Shown: piece by piece, positions 15,117-23,400 of the stretch
Layout of the letters: every line of letters starts with the position of its first letter
How positions within the stretch are numbered: position 1 is the stretch's first letter
Assembly: GCA_040386535.1 (NCBI GenBank)
Contig: JAZKFH010000047.1
Coordinates: forward strand, 32,001-96,000
Direction: 5' to 3'
Length of the DNA: 64,000 nucleotides
Source: Myxococcota bacterium
Lineage (GTDB): Bacteria; Myxococcota_A; UBA796; SXON01
The notes under the pieces: model-generated
Told to the model about the DNA's origin: nothing
Database searches by the model: none
What the model saw: only the letters and a program-made list of their open reading frames with translations
Position numbers and translations under genes: made by a program

Positions 15117-16082
15117 ATGCCCGTGACTGCCGCCGCTCCCGCCGATTCTGCCGTCCTGTTCCGCTCGCGCGTGCTCTTCGTGAGCGGCAAGGGCGGCACC
15201 GGCAAGACGTCGGTGGCCGCCGCGATCGGCCGGCTCGCGGCCACGCAGGGGCGCCGCACGCTCGTGCTCGAGCTCGACAACCAGCGCCCGTCGCTCACGA
15301 GCATCTTCGGGGTGCGCCCCAAGTACGCGCCGGTCGAGGTCGCCAAGAACCTCTCGATCGCCAACGTCGAGTGGGTCGACGCGCTGGGGGACTGGCTCGA
15401 GGCCATCGTCAACCTGCCGCGCGTCGTGCGCCTGATCATGCGCAACCACATCGTGAGCGTGTTCCTCGAGGCCACGCCCGGCGCGCGCGACCTGGTGGTG
15501 TTGTGGCGGGTGATGGCGATCGCGCGCAGCTACGACCTGGTCGTGGTCGACATGCCCGCCTCCGGCAACGCCGTGGCGATGCTGTCAGTGGCCCACACCG
15601 CGCGGCGCCTGTTCGAGCAGGGGCCGATCCGCCGGTGCGCGGACGATCTGGTGAACCTCTACGCCCAGCCCGACACGAAGATGGTGCTCGTGGCGCTCCC
15701 CGAGGAGATGGTGGTCAACGAGACCGTCGAGACCGCCCGCCGCATCGGCGCCGATCTCGCGCCCCTCCGCGTGCCCGTCGTCGTCCTGAACCGCGCCACG
15801 CCGCCGTCCCTCTCCCCCGCGGAGTCCGCGCTGCTCGCCGGGCTGCTCGCCGGCCCGAGCGACGGGCTCGCCCGCGAGGTCCTGGAGGCCGGCCGCTGGG
15901 AGGCGCGCCTCGAGTCCGCCACCGCCGAGTCCCTCGAGCGGCTCGGCACCGAGCTCGGCCTGCCGGTGCTCGTGCTGCCCGTGCTCGCGCGGGGAGAGGG
16001 CGCGCTCCGCGTGGTCGCCCAGCTGACCTCGGCGATGGCGCGCACCAGCTCCGTGCCGATCGATCTGCGCGGGGGTGCGTAA
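15117..16082 (+). CDS. ArsA/Get3-like ATPase, subunit 1
   Basis: Deviant Walker A SGKGGTGKTS, DLVVVDMPASG, LPEEMVVNET. Confidence 0.85.
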   Translation: MPVTAAAPADSAVLFRSRVLFVSGKGGTGKTSVAAAIGRLAATQGRRTLVLELDNQRPSLTSIFGVRPKYAPVEVAKNLSIANVEWVDALGDWLEAIVNLPRVVRLIMRNHIVSVFLEATPGARDLVVLWRVMAIARSYDLVVVDMPASGNAVAMLSVAHTARRLFEQGPIRRCADDLVNLYAQPDTKMVLVALPEEMVVNETVETARRIGADLAPLRVPVVVLNRATPPSLSPAESALLAGLLAGPSDGLAREVLEAGRWEARLESATAESLERLGTELGLPVLVLPVLARGEGALRVVAQLTSAMARTSSVPIDLRGGA

Positions 16083-17206
16083 TGGCCTTTGAGACCCTCG
16101 ACCGGCTCGTGGAGCAGCAGCGCCTGATCGTGTGCGTGGGCTCGGGCGGCGTCGGCAAGACGACCAGCGCGGCGGCGATCGGCCTGCGCGCGGCGTTGCG
16201 GGGCCGGCGCGTGCTCGTCCTCACCATCGATCCCGCGCGGCGCCTCGCCAACTCGCTCGGCCTGACCGAGTTCGGCAACACCGAGGTCCGCATCGACCTG
16301 GGTGACCGCGCCACGGGCGAGCTCTGGGCGATGATGCTGGACGCGCCGAGCACCCTGGACGACGTGATCCGTCGCGTCGCCAAGGACGACGTGACGCGTG
16401 AGGCCATCTTCGCCAACAAGATCTACCGCCACATGGCGGGCAGCTTCTCCGGCAGCCAGGAGTACATGGCGACCGAGCGGCTGTACGACGTGTACGGCTC
16501 CGATCGCTACGATCTGATCGTGCTCGACACCCCGCCGGTGAAGAACGCGCTCGATTTCCTCGAATCTCCCGGCCGCCTCGTCCGCTTCCTCGATCGCCAG
16601 ATCATGAAGTGGTTCCTGACGCCGTACGAGGAGGAGAAGGTCTTCGGGAAGCGCTTCCTGATGGGCACCTCGTCGGTGGTGTACCGCCTGCTCGGGCACA
16701 TCTTCGGCCGGGAATTCCTCGACGAGCTGTCGGTCTTCTTCGCCCTGTTCAAGGACCTGTACGACGGCTTCCGCGAGCGGCACGAGGCCGTGGGCCGCCT
16801 CTTTGCCGCCACCACCACGTCGTTCCTCGTCGTGAGCGCACCGACCGAGCCCTCGGTCGACGTGGCCCGGTTCTTCCTCGACGAGCTGCGCACCCGCAAG
16901 CTCCCCATCGGCGGCGTCGTCGTGAACCAGGTCCACACCGCGAGCACCTCCGTGCCCGACGTCGACGTGCTGCTCGGCGCGGGCGCCCGCGCCCTCGACG
17001 CCGCCACCGCGGGACCGCTCCTGGCGCGGCTCGGGGCGGCCCACCGGCGCCTGCGGGACCTCTCCGTGCTCGAGGCCGCCCGGGTCGAGGAGCTCCGCCG
17101 CGCGTCGGCCGGCGCCGCGTGGGTCAAGGTCATTCCCCGCTTGCCGGACGAGGTGCACGATCTCGACGGGCTGCTCCGCCTCCACCTGAACCTCTTCGAC
17201 GCCTGA
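16082..17206 (+). CDS. ArsA/Get3-like ATPase, subunit 2
   Basis: GSGGVGKTT, TIDPARRLA, QEYMA, DLIVLDTPP..ALDFL. ATG overlaps the upstream TAA. Confidence 0.9.
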   Translation: MAFETLDRLVEQQRLIVCVGSGGVGKTTSAAAIGLRAALRGRRVLVLTIDPARRLANSLGLTEFGNTEVRIDLGDRATGELWAMMLDAPSTLDDVIRRVAKDDVTREAIFANKIYRHMAGSFSGSQEYMATERLYDVYGSDRYDLIVLDTPPVKNALDFLESPGRLVRFLDRQIMKWFLTPYEEEKVFGKRFLMGTSSVVYRLLGHIFGREFLDELSVFFALFKDLYDGFRERHEAVGRLFAATTTSFLVVSAPTEPSVDVARFFLDELRTRKLPIGGVVVNQVHTASTSVPDVDVLLGAGARALDAATAGPLLARLGAAHRRLRDLSVLEAARVEELRRASAGAAWVKVIPRLPDEVHDLDGLLRLHLNLFDA

Positions 17207-17248
17207 TCGCGAGAATCGGCGGCTATACTGTCCGCCCCGGAGTCCGCC

Positions 17249-17842
17249 ATGTTCACGGCCGTCGTTACCGCCCTGCTGCTCTCGACCGCGCCCGCCGCGG
17301 CGCAGAGCATGGCGCTCGAGCCGCAGAATCGCGCGCACGTGGGCCTGAACTACGTCAGCGGGCCCAGCGGCCTCGGCGTGACCGCCGGGTTCGACTCCCG
17401 GTTGACCCGCATCATCGCGCTCGACATCGGCGGCTTCGCCTCCCCGATCCCCATCGGGGAGGACTACGAGTGGACCGGGAGCGCGGACGCCGAAACCCCC
17501 GCCTACCGCCAGCTCCGCCACGGGATCTACGCCGCGCCCGGCATCCGGATTCCGCACGCCCAGCCCAAGAGCTGGGCGTGGGACGTGTTCGCCCGCGCGG
17601 GCGGCGGCGTCATCTGGACGGCGAACCTCTCGCCCGACGCGCCGGCCGACACCGACAGCGACTACGCCATCCGCCCCGATCCGGCGGGCATGGTCGGGGC
17701 CGACGCGCTCGTCCGCTTCGGCCGGGTCGGGGTGCGCGCGTCCGGCAAGGTCTGGATGTTCGACGTGCTGCAGACTACGCCCACGGCGAATTTTTTCGTG
17801 GTTCGCCCCCAATGGGGCATCGAGGCGCTAGTTCAGTGGTAG
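17249..17842 (+). CDS. Exported hypothetical protein, probable small outer-membrane beta-barrel
   Basis: Signal peptide, alternating beta-strand pattern and C-terminal Trp. TATACT at 17224 and GGAG SD upstream. Confidence 0.6.
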   Translation: MFTAVVTALLLSTAPAAAQSMALEPQNRAHVGLNYVSGPSGLGVTAGFDSRLTRIIALDIGGFASPIPIGEDYEWTGSADAETPAYRQLRHGIYAAPGIRIPHAQPKSWAWDVFARAGGGVIWTANLSPDAPADTDSDYAIRPDPAGMVGADALVRFGRVGVRASGKVWMFDVLQTTPTANFFVVRPQWGIEALVQW

Positions 17843-17905
17843 CCATATCGCTGGACCGCGCTACATCGAATGTGGGGCATCCCAGAAAAAATCGTGGCCC
17901 GGTGC

Positions 17906-17934
17906 TTGACGCCTGACTCCGATTTTGTGATCCT
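17906..17934 (+). promoter_or_regulatory. Putative sigma70-type promoter of the RRM gene
   Basis: TTGACG-N17-GATCCT with an extended TG before the -10. Confidence 0.45.
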
Positions 17935-17977
17935 CCGACCGTCCCAACTGTCCACAACCTAGAGAGCCACGGGCCGA

Positions 17978-18961
17978 ATGTCCCGAAATGTCTATGTGGG
18001 GAACCTCCCCTACCGCATCACCGATGACGAGGTGCGGGACGTCTTCTCCCAGAACGGCCGTGAGGTCGTCTCCGTAAACTTGATCATCGATCGCGAAACC
18101 GGGCGCCCTCGTGGCTTCGGTTTCGTGGAGATGGGCAGCGAGAAGCTCGCGGAGGACGCGGTCACCGCGCTCGACGGGTTCATGCTCGATGGTCGCCCTC
18201 TCAAGGTGAACATTGCCCGCCCCCGTGAGGGTGGCGGCGGCGGTGGTGGTATGGGGATGGGCGGTCCGCCGCGTCGTCCCCGTCCGGATGGCGCAGCGCC
18301 CTCCGTGTACCGCACTGGCGGTCCCCCCCGTGAAGGTGGTGGTGGCTACGGTGGTGGTGGTGGCTACGGCGGCGGTGGGCCGGGTGGCGGCAGTGGCGGT
18401 GGCTACGGTGGCGGCGGCGGCGCACCCAGCGGTGGTGGCGGTGGCTACGGCGGCGGGCCTCCCCGTCCCTCGGGCGGCGGCTACGGCGGTGGTGGTGGCT
18501 ACGGTGGCGGTGGCGGCGCACCCAGCGGTGGTGGCGGTGGCTACGGCGATCGTCCTCCCCGTCCCGCGGGTGGCGGCTACGGCGGCGGTGGTGGCACCGG
18601 CGGTGGCGGCTACGGCGGTGGTGGCACCGGTGGTCCGGGTGGTGGCGCCGGCGGCGCGCCGGCACGTCGCTGGGAAGGCGGCGGTGGCGGTGGTGCAGGC
18701 GGCGGTGGCGGCTACGGTGGTGGTGGCGGCGGCGGCGGTGGCTACGGTGGTGGTGGAGGGGCCGGTGGTCCTCCCCGCGGTCGCAGCTTCGGCGGTGGCG
18801 GTCGTCGGCAGACCGAGTCCGCGATCGACGAGGAGCGCAGCCGCAAGACCGCCGAGTGGGAGCGCCGCAAGGGCGCTCGCAAGAAGGGCGGCCACGAAGA
18901 CGACGATGGCGGCGATGTCGGCGGCGGCGCGGACACCGGTGGCAGCGGCGAGGAGTGGTAG
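17978..18961 (+). CDS. RRM RNA-binding protein with long Gly/Tyr-rich tail
   Basis: RNP2 VYVGNL, RNP1 RGFGFVEM, DGRPLKVN, followed by about 190 aa of GGGY-type repeats. Confidence 0.93.
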   Translation: MSRNVYVGNLPYRITDDEVRDVFSQNGREVVSVNLIIDRETGRPRGFGFVEMGSEKLAEDAVTALDGFMLDGRPLKVNIARPREGGGGGGGMGMGGPPRRPRPDGAAPSVYRTGGPPREGGGGYGGGGGYGGGGPGGGSGGGYGGGGGAPSGGGGGYGGGPPRPSGGGYGGGGGYGGGGGAPSGGGGGYGDRPPRPAGGGYGGGGGTGGGGYGGGGTGGPGGGAGGAPARRWEGGGGGGAGGGGGYGGGGGGGGGYGGGGGAGGPPRGRSFGGGGRRQTESAIDEERSRKTAEWERRKGARKKGGHEDDDGGDVGGGADTGGSGEEW

Positions 18962-19031
18962 CCACGCGCGGGTTCCGCCCGCGCAGTCAGGCTTGCTGAC
19001 CTCCTGGGTCGACCAGGAGGTCTGAAGGTTC

Positions 19032-19066
19032 GAAGGCTCGCCGCGAGGCGGGCCTTCTGCCGTTTT
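19032..19066 (+). terminator. Intrinsic terminator after the RRM gene
   Basis: Stem GAAGGCTCGCC/GGCGGGCCTTC with GCGA loop, then TGCCGTTTT. Confidence 0.65.
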
Positions 19067-19108
19067 GAGGCGCGTGGGGTCAGCGCGCGCCCAGTGACCC
19101 CTTCCGCT

Positions 19109-20575
19109 CTACCTGGCGCCGGCCACGGCGGGCGGCTGGATCGTGCCGTCCTGCGCGATCGCCACGGTCGTGCTGGCGAAGTCCTGCTGCCCGAGCACCC
19201 GGATGAGGTCGGCGGCCGCGTTCTGCGGATCGGGCACCGGAACGCCCTCGCCGGCCTGGCGCGTCCCGAGGATGCGCCCGGCAGAGAGGCGGCCGTCCCG
19301 CGCGAGCTCGACCTCGAGGATCGCGCCGATCCCCTGGTTGCCGGACAGGTTGAAGCGGCCGTAGGTGGCGAAGTTGCCCAGGGAGTAGGCGATGAGCCGG
19401 CCCTTGTACAGCTCCATCGCGCGCAACACGTGGGGGCCGTGCCCGAGCACCAGGTCCGCGCCCGCGTCGACCACGGCATGGGTGAACATCCGCAGGTCGC
19501 CGCGGTCCTCGCCGTAGAACGTCTCGGGCCCCACGGGGACGTGGATCGCCTTGCTCCCCTCGGCGCCGCCGTGGAAGCTCACGATGACCACGTCGTTCTC
19601 TGCGGCCAGGCCCTGCACCAGCGCGACGGCGGTGTTCGTGTCGTTCAGGTTGTGGCCCGATGCGCTCGTGTGGAAGCCGATGAGCGCCACCTTGAGCCCG
19701 TTCGTCTCCCAGCGCGCGATCGTGCCGGGGCGGCCCGAGTAGCGGATGCCGGCGCCCTCGAGCGCGGCCTCGGTCTGGAGCCGGCACAGCTCGCCAAAGT
19801 CGATGGCGTGGTTGTTGGCGGTGCTCATCACGTCGAAGCCCGCCTCGTCGAACCAGCGCATGTACGCGGTCGGCGTGCGGAAGGCGTAGCAGCTGCCCGG
19901 CGCGGCGTCGGGCTTGCATTTGAGCGAGGGCGCGTCGAGATCGCAGAGGGGGCCCTCGAGGTTGCCGAAGGTCACGTCGGCGTCCGTGAGGAGGTCCTTC
20001 ACGGCGCGGAAGGTGGCGGCGCCGCCCTCGGGGGGGAGCGCGCCCTCGGGGAAGGCGGTGCCGATCATCAGGTCGCCCACGGCGCGCAGGCGGAAGGACG
20101 CGCCCGGCGGCGCGGTCGACGCGTAGGTCTTCGCGGCGGCCGCGCGCGCCGTGGCCGCGAGGCGCCCCACCTCGAGCTGACCGCGCGCCGCGGGGAGCTG
20201 GCTGGCGACGGACTCGTAGGTGGGCGCCACCGCGGCGAGGGCCTCCCACTCGCGCACCACCGCGGTCCAGTCGTTCTTGATCCAGTGCGCCCATCCGAGT
20301 TGCCAGCGGCACTCCAGGGTCGCGGGCGCGGCGGCGAGGCACCGGGTGAACGCGGCGATGGCCTCGTCCGCGCGCTTGTCCCGGAGCGCGGCGAGCCCCT
20401 CGGCGAGGCCCGGCGGGAGCGGCGCGGTCATCGTCGCGGCGCCGGCCGGCGCGGCGGGATCGGTGGGCGCGGGCGCCGGCGCGACGGCGGGCGCGGCCGC
20501 CACCGGGGGCACGAGGGCGGGGCGAAGGACGGGGGTGAGCGCGCAGCCGAGCGCGAGGGCGAGGATCATCCGCAT
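19109..20575 (-). CDS. CapA/PgsA-family metallophosphoesterase with N-terminal TPR, exported
   Basis: AVGDLM, GNLEG, STANNHAIDFG, VSFHGGAE, GADLVLGHGPHV, AYSLGNF. Confidence 0.9.
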   Translation of the reverse strand: MRMILALALGCALTPVLRPALVPPVAAAPAVAPAPAPTDPAAPAGAATMTAPLPPGLAEGLAALRDKRADEAIAAFTRCLAAAPATLECRWQLGWAHWIKNDWTAVVREWEALAAVAPTYESVASQLPAARGQLEVGRLAATARAAAAKTYASTAPPGASFRLRAVGDLMIGTAFPEGALPPEGGAATFRAVKDLLTDADVTFGNLEGPLCDLDAPSLKCKPDAAPGSCYAFRTPTAYMRWFDEAGFDVMSTANNHAIDFGELCRLQTEAALEGAGIRYSGRPGTIARWETNGLKVALIGFHTSASGHNLNDTNTAVALVQGLAAENDVVIVSFHGGAEGSKAIHVPVGPETFYGEDRGDLRMFTHAVVDAGADLVLGHGPHVLRAMELYKGRLIAYSLGNFATYGRFNLSGNQGIGAILEVELARDGRLSAGRILGTRQAGEGVPVPDPQNAAADLIRVLGQQDFASTTVAIAQDGTIQPPAVAGAR

Positions 20576-21297
20576 GAGGACACCAGGGCGGCGAAGAGCC
20601 GTCCGTCGAGAAGCTCGGGGTGCCACTGCACGCCGAGACAGAAGGGGTGGCCGGGCAACGCCACGGCCTCGATGACGCCGTCGGGCGCGCGCGCGAACAC
20701 GTCGAGGGGCCCCGGCTCCGCCACCGCCTGGTGGTGGGTGGAGTTCACCGCGGTGCCGACCAGCGCGGCCCACGGGCCGGTGGCCTCGAGCAGGTGCCCC
20801 GGCGTGGCGGGGTCGGTGGGTTGTTCGTGCTCCAGCGCGCCCGGCACCAGGGTGCGGATGTCCTGCACGAGCGTGCCGCCCAGCGCGACGGCGAGGGCCT
20901 GCATGCCGCCGCAGATGCCGAGGAGCGGCACCCCACGCTCGGCGCAGGCGCGCGCCAGGGGCAGCTCCAGGGTGGTGCGGGCCTCCTCCACCCGATCGAG
21001 CCGGGCCACCACGTCCTGCCCGTAGTGGCGGGGATGAATGTCCATCGCGCCGCCGGTGATGATGACGCCGCGCGCCATCGCCAGGATCGCGTCGACCTCG
21101 TCGCCGCCGCCGGGCGGCAGGAGCACCGGGATCCCGCCCGCGGCCCGCACGCGGGCCACCAGCACCTCGTTGAGGAAGACCTGGGCGCGCGGGGGACGGA
21201 CCCGCGATGGCGGCGCTGTCCCGACCGCCGGCGACAAGGCGGGCGCGGGGCCGGCGTCACGACGGTCGCAGGTGATGGCGATGAGGAGGGGGGGCAC
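20566..21297 (-). CDS. Gamma-glutamyl-gamma-aminobutyrate hydrolase family (peptidase C26)
   Basis: GICGGMQ, GGTLVQD, VNSTHHQAV, GVQWHPE. Confidence 0.9.
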   Translation of the reverse strand: MPPLLIAITCDRRDAGPAPALSPAVGTAPPSRVRPPRAQVFLNEVLVARVRAAGGIPVLLPPGGGDEVDAILAMARGVIITGGAMDIHPRHYGQDVVARLDRVEEARTTLELPLARACAERGVPLLGICGGMQALAVALGGTLVQDIRTLVPGALEHEQPTDPATPGHLLEATGPWAALVGTAVNSTHHQAVAEPGPLDVFARAPDGVIEAVALPGHPFCLGVQWHPELLDGRLFAALVSSCG

Positions 21298-21372
21298 GGC
21301 GATCGCAGTAACGGGCGCACGAGCGTTACGGTACGAGGGGCACGCTCTCGGTGGGGCGGGCCCGGAGGCAAT

Positions 21373-22311
21373 CTGCCCGGCATCGCCGTCGTCACCAACC
21401 CCCGTTCCCGCCAGAACCGCCGCGATCCCGGCATCGCGGGGCAGCTCGCCTACGTCCTCGGCGAGCGGGGGCAGCTCGCGCAGCCGACCAACCGCGAGGA
21501 GCTGGTCGACGCCGCGCGGCGCTTCCGTGACCTCGGGATCGACGTGCTCGCGATCAACGGCGGCGACGGTACCGCCCACGTCGTGCTCACCGCGATGGTG
21601 CTCGCCTACGGCGACGCCCCGCTACCCGCCATCGCGCTGCTCCGCGGCGGCACGATGAACACCGTGGCGAGCGGCATCGGGGTGAAGGGCTCGCCCGCCG
21701 CGCTCCTCGGCGCGCTCGTGACGCGCTACCACGCGGGCGAGCAGCTCGGTTGGGTGGAGCGCAACCTGCTCTGTGTCCCCGGGCCGGTGCCCCAATACGG
21801 TTTTCTGTTCGGAAACGGGCTCATCGCCAACTTCCTCGAGGCCTACTACGAGGGCAGCGATCCTTCGCCCCAGAAGGCGGCGTGGATCCTGGCACGAGCG
21901 GTCGCGTCCGCGATGGTGGGCGGCGCCCTCATCCGGCGGCTGATGCGCCCCATCGAGCTCGAGGTCGACATCGACGGCGCGGCGTGGGCGCCCGCAGCGT
22001 ATCTGTGCGTCGCCGCGGGCACGGTCGACGACATCGGGCTCCGCTTCCGTCCGTTCTACCTCGCGCCCACCCACCCCGAGCGGGTCCACGCGGTGGGTTT
22101 TGCCTGCTCGCCGATGGCGCTCATCGGGGAGCTCGGCAACATCTGGCTGGCCCGCCCCACCAGCGCGCCGGGGATCCGGAGCGCGCTGGCGGGCCGGATG
22201 GTGCTCCGTGGCAATGCGCCGATCCCCTACATGATCGACGGAGACTTCCACACCGGCATGCAAACGCTCACCGTCGAGGTGGGCCCGCGGGTGCGGCTGT
22301 TGGTGCCCTGA
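21373..22311 (+). CDS. Diacylglycerol/lipid kinase family protein (CTG start proposed)
   Basis: VVTNPRS, NGGDGT, RGGTMN and C-terminal YMIDGD. GGAGG lies just before CTG 21373. Confidence 0.85.
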   Translation: MPGIAVVTNPRSRQNRRDPGIAGQLAYVLGERGQLAQPTNREELVDAARRFRDLGIDVLAINGGDGTAHVVLTAMVLAYGDAPLPAIALLRGGTMNTVASGIGVKGSPAALLGALVTRYHAGEQLGWVERNLLCVPGPVPQYGFLFGNGLIANFLEAYYEGSDPSPQKAAWILARAVASAMVGGALIRRLMRPIELEVDIDGAAWAPAAYLCVAAGTVDDIGLRFRPFYLAPTHPERVHAVGFACSPMALIGELGNIWLARPTSAPGIRSALAGRMVLRGNAPIPYMIDGDFHTGMQTLTVEVGPRVRLLVP

Positions 22312-22450
22312 CGCGCTGGTGTGACGTGCGCCGGGGCTTGACGCCGCGTCCGCGGTGATTCTCCTGTATGCGTTCGCGCTGGCTGGCACGTTGGTGCTGC
22401 CCGCCGGCGCCCGATCCAAACGTCAGGCCATCCAAGTCAAGGGGTTTGCC

Positions 22451-22915
22451 ATGTCTCCCATCCAGGAGCTCGAGCGCGCGCTTTTCGGCCTCGGTCCGCT
22501 CTCCCGGCGCAGCGTTCATTTCGTTCCCCGGTTCGTCGATGATTCGCGTGCGTACGATCCTCGTATCCCCGCCCCCGCTCCCGGCGGTGCGGTCCGTGTC
22601 AACGTGTGGGACGCGGGTCCCAACGTGGTCCTCGTGGCCGAGGTGCCCGGACTGACCGAAAAAGACGTGACCCTCTCGTTCGAGCACGACGTGCTCACCC
22701 TGTCCGGGGAGCGCACGCCCACCGTGCCCGAGGGGTACACCGCGCAGCGGCGCGAGCGGCCCACCCTGCGCTTCTCCCGCGCGATCCGGTTCAATGTGCC
22801 GGTCGACGTGGCGGGAATCACGGCCGTGGTCAAGAACGGGCTGCTCACGGTCACCCTGCCGAAGTCCGCCCGGGCCGCGGCGCGTGCCATCCCGGTCCAA
22901 TCCGTCACCCACTGA
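22451..22915 (+). CDS. Hsp20/alpha-crystallin small heat-shock protein
   Basis: AEVPG, LTLSGER, FSRAI, KNGLLTVTLPK. Confidence 0.92.
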   Translation: MSPIQELERALFGLGPLSRRSVHFVPRFVDDSRAYDPRIPAPAPGGAVRVNVWDAGPNVVLVAEVPGLTEKDVTLSFEHDVLTLSGERTPTVPEGYTAQRRERPTLRFSRAIRFNVPVDVAGITAVVKNGLLTVTLPKSARAAARAIPVQSVTH

Positions 22916-22955
22916 TCCTCTCTCTCCACTCCCGTTGACCAAACGGAGGTATCTG

Positions 22956-23351
22956 ATGTCGACCCCGAACAGCGCCCACTCCCCGACCGAGAATCCCCAG
23001 GCGCAGCGCTCCCCGCCTGGGCGTCCCGTGCTCGTCCCGCGTGTGGACATCTACGAGTCCGATGGGGACGTGCTCGTCACCGCCGACCTCCCCGGCGTGC
23101 CCGAAGGCCAGGTGCGTCTGCACCTGGAGAGGGACCAACTCTTGTTGGAGGCCACCACCCAACTTCCCGCCGCCGTGGGAGAGCCGGTGGGCCAGGAATT
23201 CGGCAACGTGGACTACCGCAGGGTGTTCCTCGTCCCCAAGGACATCGATTCCGAGGGGATCACCGCCGAGCTCCAAGACGGCGTGCTCCGCGTGCGCCTC
23301 CCCAAGCTCCAGGCGGCCCGGCCGCGGCGGATCGAGGTGCTCGCCAGCTGA
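22956..23351 (+). CDS. Hsp20/alpha-crystallin small heat-shock protein
   Basis: PRVDIYE, ADLPGV, YRRVF, DGVLRVRLPK. GGAGGT SD. Confidence 0.92.
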   Translation: MSTPNSAHSPTENPQAQRSPPGRPVLVPRVDIYESDGDVLVTADLPGVPEGQVRLHLERDQLLLEATTQLPAAVGEPVGQEFGNVDYRRVFLVPKDIDSEGITAELQDGVLRVRLPKLQAARPRRIEVLAS

Positions 23352-23368
23352 CTTGGTAGCGAGTTGTC

Positions 23369-23400
23369 CCGTGACGCGTGAAACATGACACGTGTCACGG
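23369..23400. terminator. Inverted repeat between convergent genes
   Basis: 12-bp stem CCGTGACGCGTG / CACGTGTCACGG with one G-U pair. Confidence 0.5.

Noticed and set aside
22385..22401. Sigma54 or CIRCE site upstream of hsp20 (TGGCACGTTGGTGCT)
   Set aside because: GG-to-GC spacing is one base short of the strict -24/-12 geometry, and there is no CIRCE inverted repeat.
23370..23385. parS-like CGTGACGCGTGAAACA
   Set aside because: Only the right half matches TGTTTCACGTGAAACA (12/16). It is better explained as part of the hairpin between convergent genes.
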